From NCBI GenBank assembly GCA_973895155.1, contig OZ316891.1:7867808-7931807 (forward strand): 64,000 nt of DNA. Reading direction: 5' to 3'. The position numbers and the translations under genes were made by a program. This DNA comes from Marsupella aquatica. Lineage: Eukaryota; Plantae; Marchantiophyta. Of the stretch, positions 1 through 12,089 are shown one piece after another (the stretch's first letter is position 1; every line of letters starts with the position of its first letter). Below the pieces are notes generated by a model. The model saw only the letters and a program-made list of their open reading frames with translations, made no database searches and had not been told where the DNA came from.

Positions 1-2255
1 AAAGATGGAGCAGCATGACCAGAAACAAGTGTAGCTCTGGTCACACAATCAGCAGCAATCGGTACTGGGGCAGCCAAACCAGTGGAAACATGTAAAGGAG
101 AAGAAGAAGGTCCAGTATGTACATGAGATTGGACCTCCAAAACCGGTGTCACAGGGGCTGATGAAGAATGCAGTGAACCCTCTAGCGCTTTGAGGACAGC
201 TCTAGCATCCAGCTGTAAATCATGGCAACTGAAAAGTGGAGTTGTAAGAATCCTTTGTGCCATACCGGAGGTGAAATGCTCAAGCAGCTCAGGAGAAACA
301 ACTCCCTATGAAATGTCAGCAGCACCTGGTGGTGGAATGGATGTAGCTACAGCTCCCTCCCCCCTCGCCAACAAGGTGTGCTCTTCAGCAAGTGTGAGTG
401 GCTGAAAAGATTGGGGCATGACAGCCTAAGCTCCCGTGGCTCTAGTCATAGGACCGGCAGCAAGACTATCAGCCTGTACAATGCGGCGTGTGGGAGCAAT
501 ACGGGAGGCAGCACTGGCCTGCTGGTAAGCAAAATAGGAAGGGCAGAATGAATTTGAAAATTATGCTGTAAGGCCAGGCTGTGTAGCAGAGGACAGCACA
601 CACTCACCCATATGAGCATCAAATGGCAAGCCATAGAAAGAGCGGGGTAGAGGTGCTGAACTGTCAGTGGTGCCGGGGCCAGGGATGGGTTGCACGTGAC
701 CAGCCGGGTGAGAAGGACCAGCAGAGGCAGGTGACTTGCCTTTGATGTTGGCAAGTTGGGCACGTAGGGACTCAACCTCATGAGTCAGAGACTGGAGTTG
801 AGTTGCCTATGCGTTGTGAGCCTCGTTCTGAGCTGGTTGCTTCTATTGCTGCTTGGGCGGTTTGTTGGCACTGGGTGCTTTGCCACTGGAAGGAGGAGCA
901 GTTGATGCAGTAGGAGCCCTCCTAGTTGGTGGGGTAGTGGAAACAGGAGCAAGATGAGTGGCCTGTTGTCGTAGCTGCTTCCTCTCTGGGAATTTGGCAA
1001 AACAAACTGCCTCCAAGTGGCCCACTTTTCCGCAAAAATCACAAGACAGGTCCTCAGCAACAATATCACATTCATTAGCCTTGTGATTAGGATTGCCACA
1101 GTAGTTGCAAGATGACAGCATGAAAGCAGCATGTGCTGGTTTGGTCTTGGAAGCATACTGTGGCACACGGGAAGGGGTGGCCATTGTAGGGGCAACAGCC
1201 TGGTACCTGGATCGCGGTGGACGCGCAATACTGGCCTCATAATGTGCATGGGCCAACTCAAGTTTCTCAGCAGTGTCATAGAAATTGAGCAATGAGTAGC
1301 TGTCTCCAAACTTTGAGAATACTTGCTGCAACACTTGTGAATGGAGAGCTGGTGTGCCCTCCAATGCGCGAAGATAGCGATGAGCAGCTTCCAGGTTAGT
1401 GATGCTCTAGGTGTCCTCCTTCAGCTTAAGAAGCCGGCGATACATCATCTTCAAGGTTTCATCGCGCTGCCTCACAAAGGTCGCCAACTGCATGATTTTG
1501 TCAGCACTCTTGATTGGGAATTCCAATTCAAGAACCTGGAAAAACTCAGCCATTGGATCAGCAAAGGCAAGAGAATCAATGGTGGGAGAAATGCCTGATG
1601 TAGCCTGTGCCAAGACAGTGGGAGTAACTAGCGCAGTGGTAGGAACTGGAGTAGGAGGGGAAGTGGCAGGAGCAGCAGCATGGGCTACAATGGCATTCTG
1701 TAAGGCCAATTGTGAGGCTGCCGCAATTGCACTGGCATAGGTAGGGTTAGGCAACTGTGTGACAGCAAGCAGCCGTTGAGAGTGCTGCTCATACACATCT
1801 AAAGCCTCATGGTGCACATACCTGGCTAGCTGCTTAAATGCAAAAGAATTTGTGAAATTGTTGCCGTACTTCAACTCCAATTCGTAAACGACAGTGTAGA
1901 AAGTGGATTTGAACTCACGTAAAGAAACAGTGCCTGGCCGCCCGCTGAAGCGTTCAATGCGACCAGATGAGTGGCTGGCGTCCATGCTGTATGTCGGTGA
2001 AGCAGGAACAACCACGGATGCAGAAGGGGTAAATGGCAATGAAGTGATAGCAAGCTTCGGAGTAGTGGTGAAGCGACCGCCAAATGTAGCAGAAGGATTG
2101 CGTGGTGTGGCTGCTGCTGCTGCTGCTGTCTGCTAACGTCGTCGAAATTACCGAGGCTCCAATGAAATTGGCACCAATGGTCGTGGATCACTCCGTAAAT
2201 GGTACCTGGGTGTCGGTGGCGATGTGCTGCTACAACTTGGCTCCTCTGCTGACAT
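1..2255 (-). pseudogene. Ty3/Gypsy-like LTR retrotransposon gag(-pol) 5' part, inactivated by in-frame stops; runs off the left edge
   Basis: One frame runs from ATG 2255 (MSAEEPS...RYHLRS) to the window edge and joins ORFs 1407..2039 and 843..1364. It has two CCHC zinc knuckles (CNYCGNPNHKANEC, CDFCGKVGHLEAVC) and a gag-like RQRDETLKMMYRRL segment. There are eight in-frame stops and no frameshift. Pol and LTRs are not visible, so the superfamily is inferred. Confidence 0.8.
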
Positions 2256-3550
2256 GCTGCATGCTCACTCGGGGTGCCAATGGGAAAGAAACTGACAAGA
2301 AAAAGGTGTGGCAACCCCAAGGCTAGGAAATGTAACCCACAACGAAGCAAACGGGGTGAGGCAAGGAGGCCGGGCTAAACATAATGAAATTAGCCCCCAT
2401 GTGTATACTGGCCTTGCCTATAAGGGTCAAAATAAAAAAAGGAATAAAACAACAAAAACGGCGGAAAGGGTCCCTCCCTTATGTGTATACACATAAGATG
2501 CACCGGCTGGTGCCCAATATCCGTGCAGCTCCCTTTGTTGGAGTTGTCGTTGCGGCCGGGGGGAAAACTTGGCCGTAAGCAGGTCGCGGCCCGATGGAGG
2601 TCACTACCGGAAAAATGCCGAAGGGAGTCGTAGGTACGGCACACGGCCCTATGCACTCCCGTATGTGTATACACCAAGGTCGGGTGGCACGGAGAAAGAA
2701 AATGTCGAGTCGAGAGGTGGAAACGGCCAAAAAAGGGAGAATCGGGCACTGACAGTCGGGTGGCAAAGGAAGAGGCGAAAGAGCAGAAATGGGTCCCTCT
2801 TAATGGGCTCGAGCCCTGCATAGGGCTTCGCGCCCCCTCCCCCTCATGAGCTCCCAAAAGGAAATTCCCTCCACCCTCTTAATGATCTTCTGGCACACTC
2901 GCTTCCCTTCCTCTCCTGCTTTAATGCTTCACGGGCCTCTGTGCCTGGCAGAAGGACTCCTGAGGGAAGGAGTCGTATATACTCCCCTCCCCTCCCCCTT
3001 TAATGCTTCATAGGGCTTCGTGCCCTCTCCTTGCGATCCTGCCTGGCCACGGGTGAACCTAATCCCAAGAGAAGGGAGTCTAATTGAATTCCCCCTCCCC
3101 TCTTTAATTCAGCATAGGGCCTTGTGCCCCCTCCTCTCCTCACGCTGCCTTGTACTCGGCTCCTCCTCCTGCCAACAGCTCCTATTAAGACCAGGGCACG
3201 ATGCCCTATGTGCGTAAGGCGGAGCGAAAGGAGCGCGCGCGGCCCTATGCGCGGCCCAGGGGCATTGATGGGCCCCGAATGTGTGTATACACAGGCAGAG
3301 TAGCTGCCGGACCGGAAGCAGCTCGCGACGGCAGCTGCCGAGTAAAGAAAAAGGGGTCGCGGCCGGGGAACAGCTCGCGATGGAAATTGGCCGGGGAACA
3401 CCGAAAAATGGCCCGAAAAAGGTCATGGCAGGCGCTGAAGCAGCAGTTGGCAGCGCCCAGAAAATGAAAAACCCTGAAAGCAAAGCGCAAAGGGAAAGAG
3501 GGAGGGGGGACCTGTTTGACTTAAGTGTATATACTTAAGTGTATACACAC
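2256..3550 (-). mobile_element. GC-rich repetitive 5' leader/LTR-associated region of the retrotransposon
   Basis: Directly upstream of the gag ATG. Contains recurrent GTGTATACAC palindromes and CCCTATGC/GCATAGGG and CTTTAAT motifs. LTR boundaries could not be fixed. Confidence 0.45.
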
Positions 3551-4200
3551 AAGCCATAACTTCCACCCCATCGCTCAACGTTTTTCCATAGAAATTGCAC
3601 CGGCATCAACGGAAAAATGTCAATTGTCTCGAGCAATTGAGAAGCACAGCGTCTCCGATCTTCTTCCCCTCATCAAAGTTCTTCTTGAATAAAAGGCGTA
3701 AGAGAAACAATTGTACTGAAATCGAATCGAAAACCGGCAGGATGCCAAGATCGGCCGGGAGCATCTAACGAATCACTGTGTGAATCCCGTGTACGGAACC
3801 TACGAGCACTGTCTGAGCTCTGTCAACAGCGATTCAAGAAGAACTGAAAAACCCACAAAGAAAGACATGCCCTAAGTAAACAAAGTCCTGGCGTCACACT
3901 AACAAGCGTGTTTGCTTCAAGAACGCCTGGCATTTGCTATAAGAACATGTCGCTAACTCAAGTAGTACACTAGCCCTAACTACATACCTAGCGGGCATGC
4001 GAGGGACATGCCGATGTGCATAAGAGGCACTGTCCCTCGGCATGACATCTCGTGTGATTGGCACCATTGATCAGGGACCGGTTATGGACTGAGATTGTGA
4101 CAGGTTGCACATCTTGCAATGTTCACAATGCCACCTATCACGACAAGTAGTTTAGACCAATGTGACAATTCCACATACAAAAAGTTAGATTCAGAATTAT

Positions 4201-4528
4201 GATATACAGTTTCACCACACCATTATATGAGTGTCAAAAAGCACTTGGTCTACTAAAGCTCTACTATATCAAACACTCTGATCTAGGGTAGTTTTCAGTG
4301 AAATCTACACTTTTCAATACACCATTATTGGGTGTCCAAAAGCACTTGGTCTCCTAAAGGCTCGAGATCAATGCTACGATCTAGTGTCACTTGTTTTCAG
4401 TGATGTACTACAGTTTCAATACACCATTATTTTGGTGTCAAAAAGCACTTGGTCTCCTAAAAGCTAGAGGTCAAACCGGGCTGTGATCTAGTGCCATTTT
4501 CAGTGTCAATATACAGTTTCAATACATC
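4201..4528. repeat. Tandem repeat, ~102-bp unit, about 3 copies
   Basis: AAAAGCACTTGGTC recurs at about 4237, 4338 and 4441, with CACCATTAT, GATCTAG and TTTTCAGTG in register. Confidence 0.85.
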
Positions 4529-4659
4529 TTTATAATTATTCCAAGGACCCTAAAGTCGTTGTTAGTTGCACCCAACATTTAAATAGATTTATTGCAAGAA
4601 GCAAAATTGTGCTAAGGGGCTGTTCACTAAGGTAAATGGACAGAGGAAGCTATGAAAAA

Positions 4660-6200
4660 AATTTCACCAAAATTTATAAAACAGGAAACAAAACAAAGTA
4701 CAATGAATGAAGTGAAAGAAAAGAGGGGCCAACAAGGACAAACACCCAACAAGCAACAAGAAAAGCAAGTGCAACCCTAAAGAAAATGGTCCTCATGGGA
4801 AAATGTGGCAAGCTAAGATCGAGCTAATGGTCCTCATCCAATGTCCTAACTAAATCAATAGGTGGCTCAGGAATGTCATATAGGGGAGCAAGCATCTGCG
4901 GGCCGGGGTATAGTAGCGCCCATTGTGAGGATCAACAATAAATTGCTCAAGGTTGAGCATGCTATAAGCCCACTAAAATGCACTATCAAAAGTGCATGTT
5001 CAAGATGGATAGTGGGGGTCCAAAGGGACCATCTGTCCATGAATATCACAAGCAGTCTGTCGAAGAAGCCCATCAAACTGATGATGAAGACTCCCAAATA
5101 GCTCAATAGGAAAGGGGGAGGAAGGTATTAGATGAAGCTCGAGTGACACATTTTGCCTTCTTTGTCATGACTGCTCCGAATGCCGCTACCCCTTCCATTG
5201 TCGCCACCATCTCAATGATGACTTGACACAAAGGGTTTGCTACCACAACATCCACCAAAGTCCTGGCAACCATCATGGACCATGGTTAGATAAACTCATA
5301 ACCGTTGTGGTGGGGGCCCAGGTAGCTCAAGCACCACCTCCCACTGCCCGTACGTGTACCAAAGACCCGGAGAGAACCTGAGCAGTAGCATCTCTCACAA
5401 CATCATGAACAACTATGGTTTTGCCTCCCAATCTGCACCAAAGAAGATGGACCCCTGTGGCATCACAAGGCTTCCGACATGTGCAAGAAGTGGATAAACC
5501 TACAAGAAGAGGGTGGAGCAACCCCAGACAAAGACAAATGGTTGTTGAGAACTCCTATGAAGACATCCGCAGATGAGGAATGGTCGGACTGGTCTAAAGC
5601 CACCCTCTGGCGCCTTTCCCTTTGGGAGATAGGATCCGAGCTCAGTCCTTCAGGTGCCTTGACGAGGATGTTGGAGAGGGTGAAAGTGTGCATACGCCCA
5701 ACAAGGTCAACCTTAAGATGGACATGGTCCAAGGATAAAAACTCCTGAAAGAAAGGTAACACGACATGTACAATATCCGGTAATTTTGACCGTGCTTCTC
5801 GTAAATGAACTTGAAACGGTTGGGAACCCTTCTGTACCCTCCATAAGAGATGAAAGTAAAAAGGGCCCGGTCCTCAACAAGGAAACAATCAGCCAACAAT
5901 GAGAATGAGGCCGCCCATGAACCCAAAAATGCCAAAGGGGTTATGCTCTAAATGAAATTAAGACCAAAACCACCTTGAGAAATAGTAAATGTGAGCTGTC
6001 GTGAAGCCACGGAGATGAAAGCAAAGAACCATGACCTATTAGGGAGGCAAAAGTCTCTTGAATAGAAACATCAAACACATGTAGGTGTAGACAAAGATCC
6101 TTGGTAGGGGCATAAGTCCTAGCAAGATAAGATGCCGTAGGCTATAGGCATCTCAAAAACATCCCAAATTAACTTGTTCTGGTCAGTCCAGCCACAACTT
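4660..6200 (-). mobile_element. Decayed, 5'-truncated non-LTR retrotransposon with restriction-like endonuclease (CRE-clade-like)
   Basis: Minus-strand motifs in the expected order: RT C-terminal ISQGGFGL...AFLGSWA (~5990-5910), CxC-x8-H-x3-C knuckle CTCRKPCDATGVHLLWC (~5490-5435), HDVVRD (~5405), TLVDVVVANP (~5263-5234), FLPLS (~5120), then a T-rich 3' UTR. Many stops and frameshifts. Confidence 0.75.
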
Positions 6201-6981
6201 CCAAACACCACCCCCTAGAAACAAGGAAGAGAAAACCCACAATTTTGCCATAGATGCACAAATATGACCATTATCAGATTATATTGTGATGTGGAAAACA
6301 TTTGTTATGATATGTATTAAGGGAAAAACCCCATACCATATGCAATTTTTGGCCAAGTTGCAAAAATACTGTATGGTATTTTTTAGTGGCAAAAGTTTTA
6401 CCAAATTTCACCTCGTCCTCAATCAGTAGCCAGTTTTGGCTTAAATTGGCCACTTTTCTGGGTGTCATTGGCCAGATACTTTTCATACTACATGGACCAA
6501 TCTCCTAAATCTGACGGTTTTGGGTTTAGGTCTACTGGGGCAGAATACATCTACAAAATTCATGCAAGGAATATTATTAACATTTCTTTCCTGGCGCAAT
6601 GTACCATTAGCCATAATGGAAATTTTCAAAATATAATTTAAAAAATGCAGTAAGGTTACCCTCCCCGGAATAGATACAGTAGATTGTTTCTCACCAAAAT
6701 CTGATGGTTGTCTTACATCTTGGGAGTTATACTGGTAAGGAGTAAATCTAGTAAACTCATACAAGGACTATTCCTAGCCTCTCTTCCCTAACACAAAAGC
6801 ACCACGGGGAAATTTCAAAAATAGGGCGGAAATTTTGAAATGAATAGTTTCTTTCGTCCATTCTCCAGAATCTAATGTAGTGAAATCTAATGATTAGTAA
6901 ATAAATCAACTCATTGAACGACTATTCTTGGCTGCGTTCTTTAACACAAGGGACCAGTAGCAAGAGTGGAGAATTTAACGA

Positions 6982-7220
6982 TTTAAAAATCATTAAAGAT
7001 TACCCGCAAGGCGGCTCCTCTTCGCCCGTCTTCTCAGTGGAGATTTTATATATTTATATAATATATATATATATATATATATATTACAGACACTGCCAAA
7101 ACGAATACAATTTAAAAATCATTAAAGCTTACCCCAAGGCAGCTCCTCTCCTCTGTTTTCTTCCTCGAGCTTTTAGATAATCATTAAATTATACCATACA
7201 CAGTTACACACTGCCAAAGG
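6982..7220. repeat. ~129-bp direct duplication around a (TA)n microsatellite
   Basis: TTTAAAAATCATTAAAG-TTACCC-CAAGGC-GCTCCTC at about 6982 and 7111. ACACTGCCAAA at about 7090 and 7207. TA run at about 7046-7084. Confidence 0.75.
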
Positions 7221-7515
7221 ACCATTAATGTGGATCTTCTGAGGGCAAAGATTTACTCGTACCCGTCATTCTCTCTCTACAGCTTGAACCCCGGGGCTTG
7301 AACTCCTTGAAGAGAAGAGGTAAGTGGTCTCAGCCTATGGCGAGAGTGGGAGAGATTGCTGGTGATCAATTCCTCGATCCTCCATGCATCATGATTGAGT
7401 GCCTCCTATTATTGATTAATTGCCTCTTTTTGGATCCTCTTTTCGGCTTTCTGCATGACTTGACTTCACTGTTCAGGACTTTGCGCCATCTGTCTCATCT
7501 CCGCCCTAGAGCTTA

Positions 7516-7878
7516 GGGCCAACTCGCATGTAGACACTCCTTCACAATGCGGCCCTTACCTCATGCGCCACTTCAGGGAAAAGTGTGATCTGCTATACCA
7601 ATCAGAGAAACCAGTACAAGGTCATGGTTATCATTCTGTCAGCGACAGTCCAGGACGTGCTATGTATAGAAGCTTGAGGATTGTTTTATTAGCAAAGTAG
7701 AGGTCAGGACCTGCAAGGGCCGGAAAGTTTCCGGACCTTGCCCTTGGGTCCCCACCAGACCTGCAGTCAGGCCTGCCGAAGGAGGGGCCTACGGGATTGC
7801 ACAATTATCAATTCTTATCACGACATGTTGCAGTCTAAGGGCCGCATTGTGAAGGACTCTCGACATGCGAGTTGGCCC
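7516..7878. mobile_element. PIF/Harbinger (Tourist-like) MITE, 363 bp, ~40-bp terminal inverted repeats, TTA target-site duplication
   Basis: 7516-7555 (GGGCCAACTCGCATGTAGACACTCCTTCACAATGCGGCCC) is the reverse complement of 7839-7878 with 3 mismatches. TTA lies at 7513-7515 and 7879-7881. GGGCC ends with a TWA TSD are typical of Harbinger. Confidence 0.75.
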
Positions 7879-7976
7879 TTATTGTATCTCAATGACTACA
7901 CATCAGGTGTTTGCACATCCTACAGCTGATTGCCTTATTGTGTCTCAATGATTGCACATCAGGTAATTGCACATCC
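7877..7976. repeat. 56-bp-period tandem duplication
   Basis: CCTTATTGT-TCTCAATGA-T-CACATCAGGT--TTGCACATCC at 7877 and 7933. Confidence 0.75.
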
Positions 7977-8110
7977 AAAACTACGTTTTTGTGATATTCA
8001 TTGGTAAAACAAAATAATGAGTTTTATCATGATAGGTTTTAGAATAATCTTAGTTAGAAGGGTCAATTGAAATCTACTTCTAATAGCCTAGGTCTAGAGT
8101 AACTCCATGG

Positions 8111-8164
8111 TCATCATGTGAAAAACTCATGATTACGTCATCATGTGAAAAACTCATGATTACG
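8111..8164. repeat. Perfect 27-bp tandem duplication
   Basis: TCATCATGTGAAAAACTCATGATTACG occurs twice in a row. Confidence 0.85.
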
Positions 8165-8431
8165 ATATATGTGAACAGGAACATGCAAAATTTTTGTGAA
8201 TTTTTTTAAGTATTTATATTCAAAAAATGGGTTCTATGGCCCCTCTAGAACATATGTGCATAGAAAAAAGCAAGTGCATACAAACAAGGATGGTATATTA
8301 TATATAATTATTAAAATGATGAGTTTTTTTATTTCATTAATCTTCAAAGAATATAAATAGAAAAAATATTTTGATAACACTTTTATTGTACTCTCCACTA
8401 TTCACGGTCAAAGAATGGGTAGTGAGAGCTA

Positions 8432-8990
8432 CCGTCTTCCCCCGAACACAGCGCCCGGGCGCTATATTCGAATAGTGAGTCAAGAGGCGTTATATTCGAT
8501 TAGTGAGCCCTGGGCGTTGTGTTTGAGTTTTGACACTTTGTTTTGGATTTTTGTAACATGTGGCGTTGTGTTCGAATATTGGCGTTGTGTTCTAATATTG
8601 GCATTGTGTTTCAAAATTAACGTTGTGTTTGAATAATGGCATATAATTATAATGGTAAGCATATAATTATAATGTGAAACATATTTGCTTTCAGTGCGCT
8701 CATTGTCGATAACTTTTGTTTGCTTTCACAATGTCCTCACTTGGACAACATAATGTCAACTTCGAACACTTCATTGTAACGGAAGACACTACAGCAAACC
8801 CCTCATTCAAACATAGTGCCCAAGTTCGAACACAACGTCATCCCCAAACACAATGTCAAATTCGAACACAGCGCCCGGGCGCTGTGTAAAAGTGGCGTTG
8901 TGTTCAAAGAAAACATGCTTTTTTGTATAAGGACACTAAATTTTCAACTTTCAAACACAACGCCGGGGCGCTGTGTTCGGGGGAAGATGG
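8432..8990. mobile_element. Tc1/mariner (pogo/Tigger-like) MITE, 559 bp, ~30-bp TIRs, TA target-site duplication
   Basis: Left end TA|CCGTCTTCCCCCGAACACAGCGCCCGGGCG, right end CGCCGGGGCGCTGTGTTCGGGGGAAGATGG|TA. Many internal GCGTTGTGTT / AACACAACG copies of the TIR core. Confidence 0.85.
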
Positions 8991-11900
8991 TAGTACTCAT
9001 TAATTATACAAAATGATATGGACTAATATTGTACCCTATATATTATCACATTTGATCGCAATGGGACACCAATTTATAATTAGTCATTCATTATCAGCCC
9101 ATCCCCCTTTTTAAGGTGATATAATTGTTCACTATGGTGACCATCATCTGCTCAAAGTTTGCTTGATGCCACTTGATGGACCACAAATCATAATTTTCTC
9201 CCCAACCAATATCATAAGTTTTGGGTAGGCTGATTCAAGGTTTATGAAGGTCTGTCAATGATCTGTTTCATTTCGGGGTCCATCAAACACATACCTTGTA
9301 TTTGAAGTATGCTGGTAACTCCTAGATAGAGATTTAAGGATCACCTTTGGCTAATGGGGGTTTGCGGCTAGCTGGAAAACTTGCTAGTGGGACCATCATC
9401 ATATTTGAGGTATTTCCTCTTTGACCAGTTCGTCCTCGTCACCTGGCTTGGTTGTGGAAATTGGAAGATTTTAAAAATATTTTCAGCTAAAATATCTAGA
9501 TAAATTTTTACTGTCACATCTTCGTATTTGAAGGAGAACTACATGTGGTCTGCAAAACTGGCTAACAGAATACAAAACAATTAGCCAATTTTTGTAAAAA
9601 GTGGCAAATGCATTTGAGTGGGATGGAATTTAGCCTTTTGCACTTGAAAAACAGAACGGTTGGTGCCACTGTCTTGCCTTGGCCCTACAACTTATTACAA
9701 GTCTACAATCAGCCTTTCTAAGGGCTTTTATCAGTTACCAGGGTGACCAATGTGATATTATCTAATTTTCTTGGACTCATTTCTGGCTGTTAGACATCTC
9801 TACAATTAAAGATAATCCCTAGATTGAAGGATAACCATTGGCTATTGAGGTCTGTGGCTAGGTTGAAAACTGGCTAATTGGGACCAAAATATTTTGTAAT
9901 GTTTTGTTACTTTCGCCATTGTGGCAAAACTATGGGACTTGAGAAAAATTGGGGAGAAAATGGAGAGGCAATTAAATTAGAGATCCCAACAGCCTGTAAA
10001 ACTTAAAAATCTGCCTAAGCAAGAATGGCTGAAAGCATCCCTTGGGAAGGGTGACAATCTCTCACCTACTTACTAACATCAAGTTTATTTATTTATTGCC
10101 TCGAAAGTATAATGAAGGTAAACACAATTTTACATGGTTACCTTTATAGCATGACATGCACATTAATAGGGTAACCCAAGGGGGAACAATGCCCAGAAAT
10201 TGGGGACCCACGGAACCGCATGCACCTGGTAGCATGGGCCCCATAACCTTGGAGAAGCAGAGGTTTAACAATTAACAGGGCCTTTAGTCAAGTGTGCACC
10301 CAGAATGAGTATTCAACAGGGCATTCCCCACCACAAAACCTACCCTCACACCCCCCGCATGGTGGGGGCGGGGGGACCACTCTTCCTTATAGGCTCACTG
10401 GCCTGGCCACCTTGGGCTAAACCATAGGGGAGTAAAATTTTTGTGAATAAGAACTCGTGTCCACAGATAGTAGAAAGGTTATGTAGATACTAAGGTCATA
10501 TTGCTTACAAGGCATTCTGTCCCACAATGCTCCCCCAAAAACCACTCCATTTAAGTTTTGAGGGACTATTATTATCTGGTAACAGGAGTGTCATATACTT
10601 ACAAGTCCAAGCTATTCTTATTTAATAGAGGAGAATCTTTAGAAGGGTTTCATATACATCTTACCACATACATCTTCTCCACTAATGCCCTGAAAATTAC
10701 AAAGTGAAATTAGGAAATCCATTAAATTAGTAGATTGGCGAGAATGATTCAAGTAGGTAAGTTAGATGAGTGGCCCTGTGACCGATAAACTGCAGGGCAA
10801 GTGAAGGTTCCGAGGAAGGGAGGCGGTGACCAGCCTTTCCCTCAGGACACCAAGGGCAGGAGGAGGTGACAAACAGCTTGGATCGCCTGAGGATGGCAGC
10901 AACTGGGATGTAAGCATGGAGGGAGGGGGTGGTGACTCCCCTTGAGCCTTGCAGGCTTCAGTGGGGTGAAGGCTGGGATCCATTGTGCCAAGCTTGGGTA
11001 CACTTTTTTGTAGGTAACTAAGGGCATCTGCACTAGCCCTCCCCATCACGGCTTGGGCTTCTGTGCCCTTTTTTTCAGGCTGGGGGAGTATTTTTTGGTG
11101 CATAATTGCAAGGGTGGCAGGCATCCTGGTACTTTTGCCAGGCATCGTTGCTGCTTTTGCCGCTGTCAACACGTTTCCCAGGCTTGGCAACACATATAAA
11201 CACTTGCTGTGTTGTTACATGTTCACTGTTGACACTCCCTCCCTGGCATATGGCACTGCCATGTTGCATGTTTTGTAAAGTCTTGTTTATGAGACAATGT
11301 GATATTGTGCCTCGAAAATTGAGAGCATAGTCTCAAGTTTTGAGATATTATTGTCCATAATGCATGATGCTCTGGTAACAAGATTTTGATACAGTTATAG
11401 GTCTTAAACAAATTTAAGCTCACAAATTTTAGTGAAGTAAAATTTATTGAAAATAGAGGAAAATCTTATTAACATGTTGATCCAAAATCCTGAGTGTGCA
11501 TTGTTTACCAGTAATGATTTAGCGCGATAGATAGTGTAGAAGCATATTAATGGAGAATCTGGTTTGATCAGGAAGTGCCCGACCATACTATTGATATAAG
11601 TACAAAAAGCAAGTGAATTTTGATATGCAACAGATGCTGGGTCAGTTGTAGGGTAGCAGAGCTGGGCCAAATACAATGGTCAAAAGCCAAGTCAAAGATG
11701 GCACGAGACCACAGAGGGACTAACATTTGCGAAGTTTTTGGTCATTTGTGGAGTTTTTGGTCACCAAAACAAGGGAAAACACAAAACACAGGATCGCTGC
11801 GCTTCTGTGAGTAAGAACAGGGGCACAAAGTTGCATTTTCATGAGGTGACTTTCAGGCAAAAACTTACGCAATTTTTTTGGTCCAGGGTCTGCACAATAA

Positions 11901-12089
11901 AGCTCCGCAACGGGAAGGGGGAGGGGTTGAGCGGCGATCATGCTTGGATAACATATGGCCACTCATGCCTACCCTGTATTGGGTTAGTGCTAACCTTTAT
12001 ATGAACAAAGGGGCAGGTTTACAAATAAATCTGTTTTGGAGACAATAGTGAACTCAGTTAGAGTGACTGGTTAATAAGAAAATCAGCTG

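Noticed and set aside
2262-2282. Possible primer-binding site TGGCACCCCGAGTGAG on the minus strand (another TGG candidate near 4066)
   Set aside because: I could not match either to a plant tRNA 3' end or to a verifiable LTR boundary.
1341-3538. Many short ORFs on both strands over the gag and its leader
   Set aside because: Antisense or alternative-frame shadows of GC-rich retroelement sequence with no independent motifs.
4201-4528. Repeat-spacer appearance suggesting CRISPR (also 24594-24950)
   Set aside because: Whole units are homologous, there are no unique spacers or cas genes, and the context is eukaryotic.
10762-11423. Cys/His-containing minus-strand ORFs
   Set aside because: No recognisable domain or consistent splice model; possibly TE debris, but unsupported.
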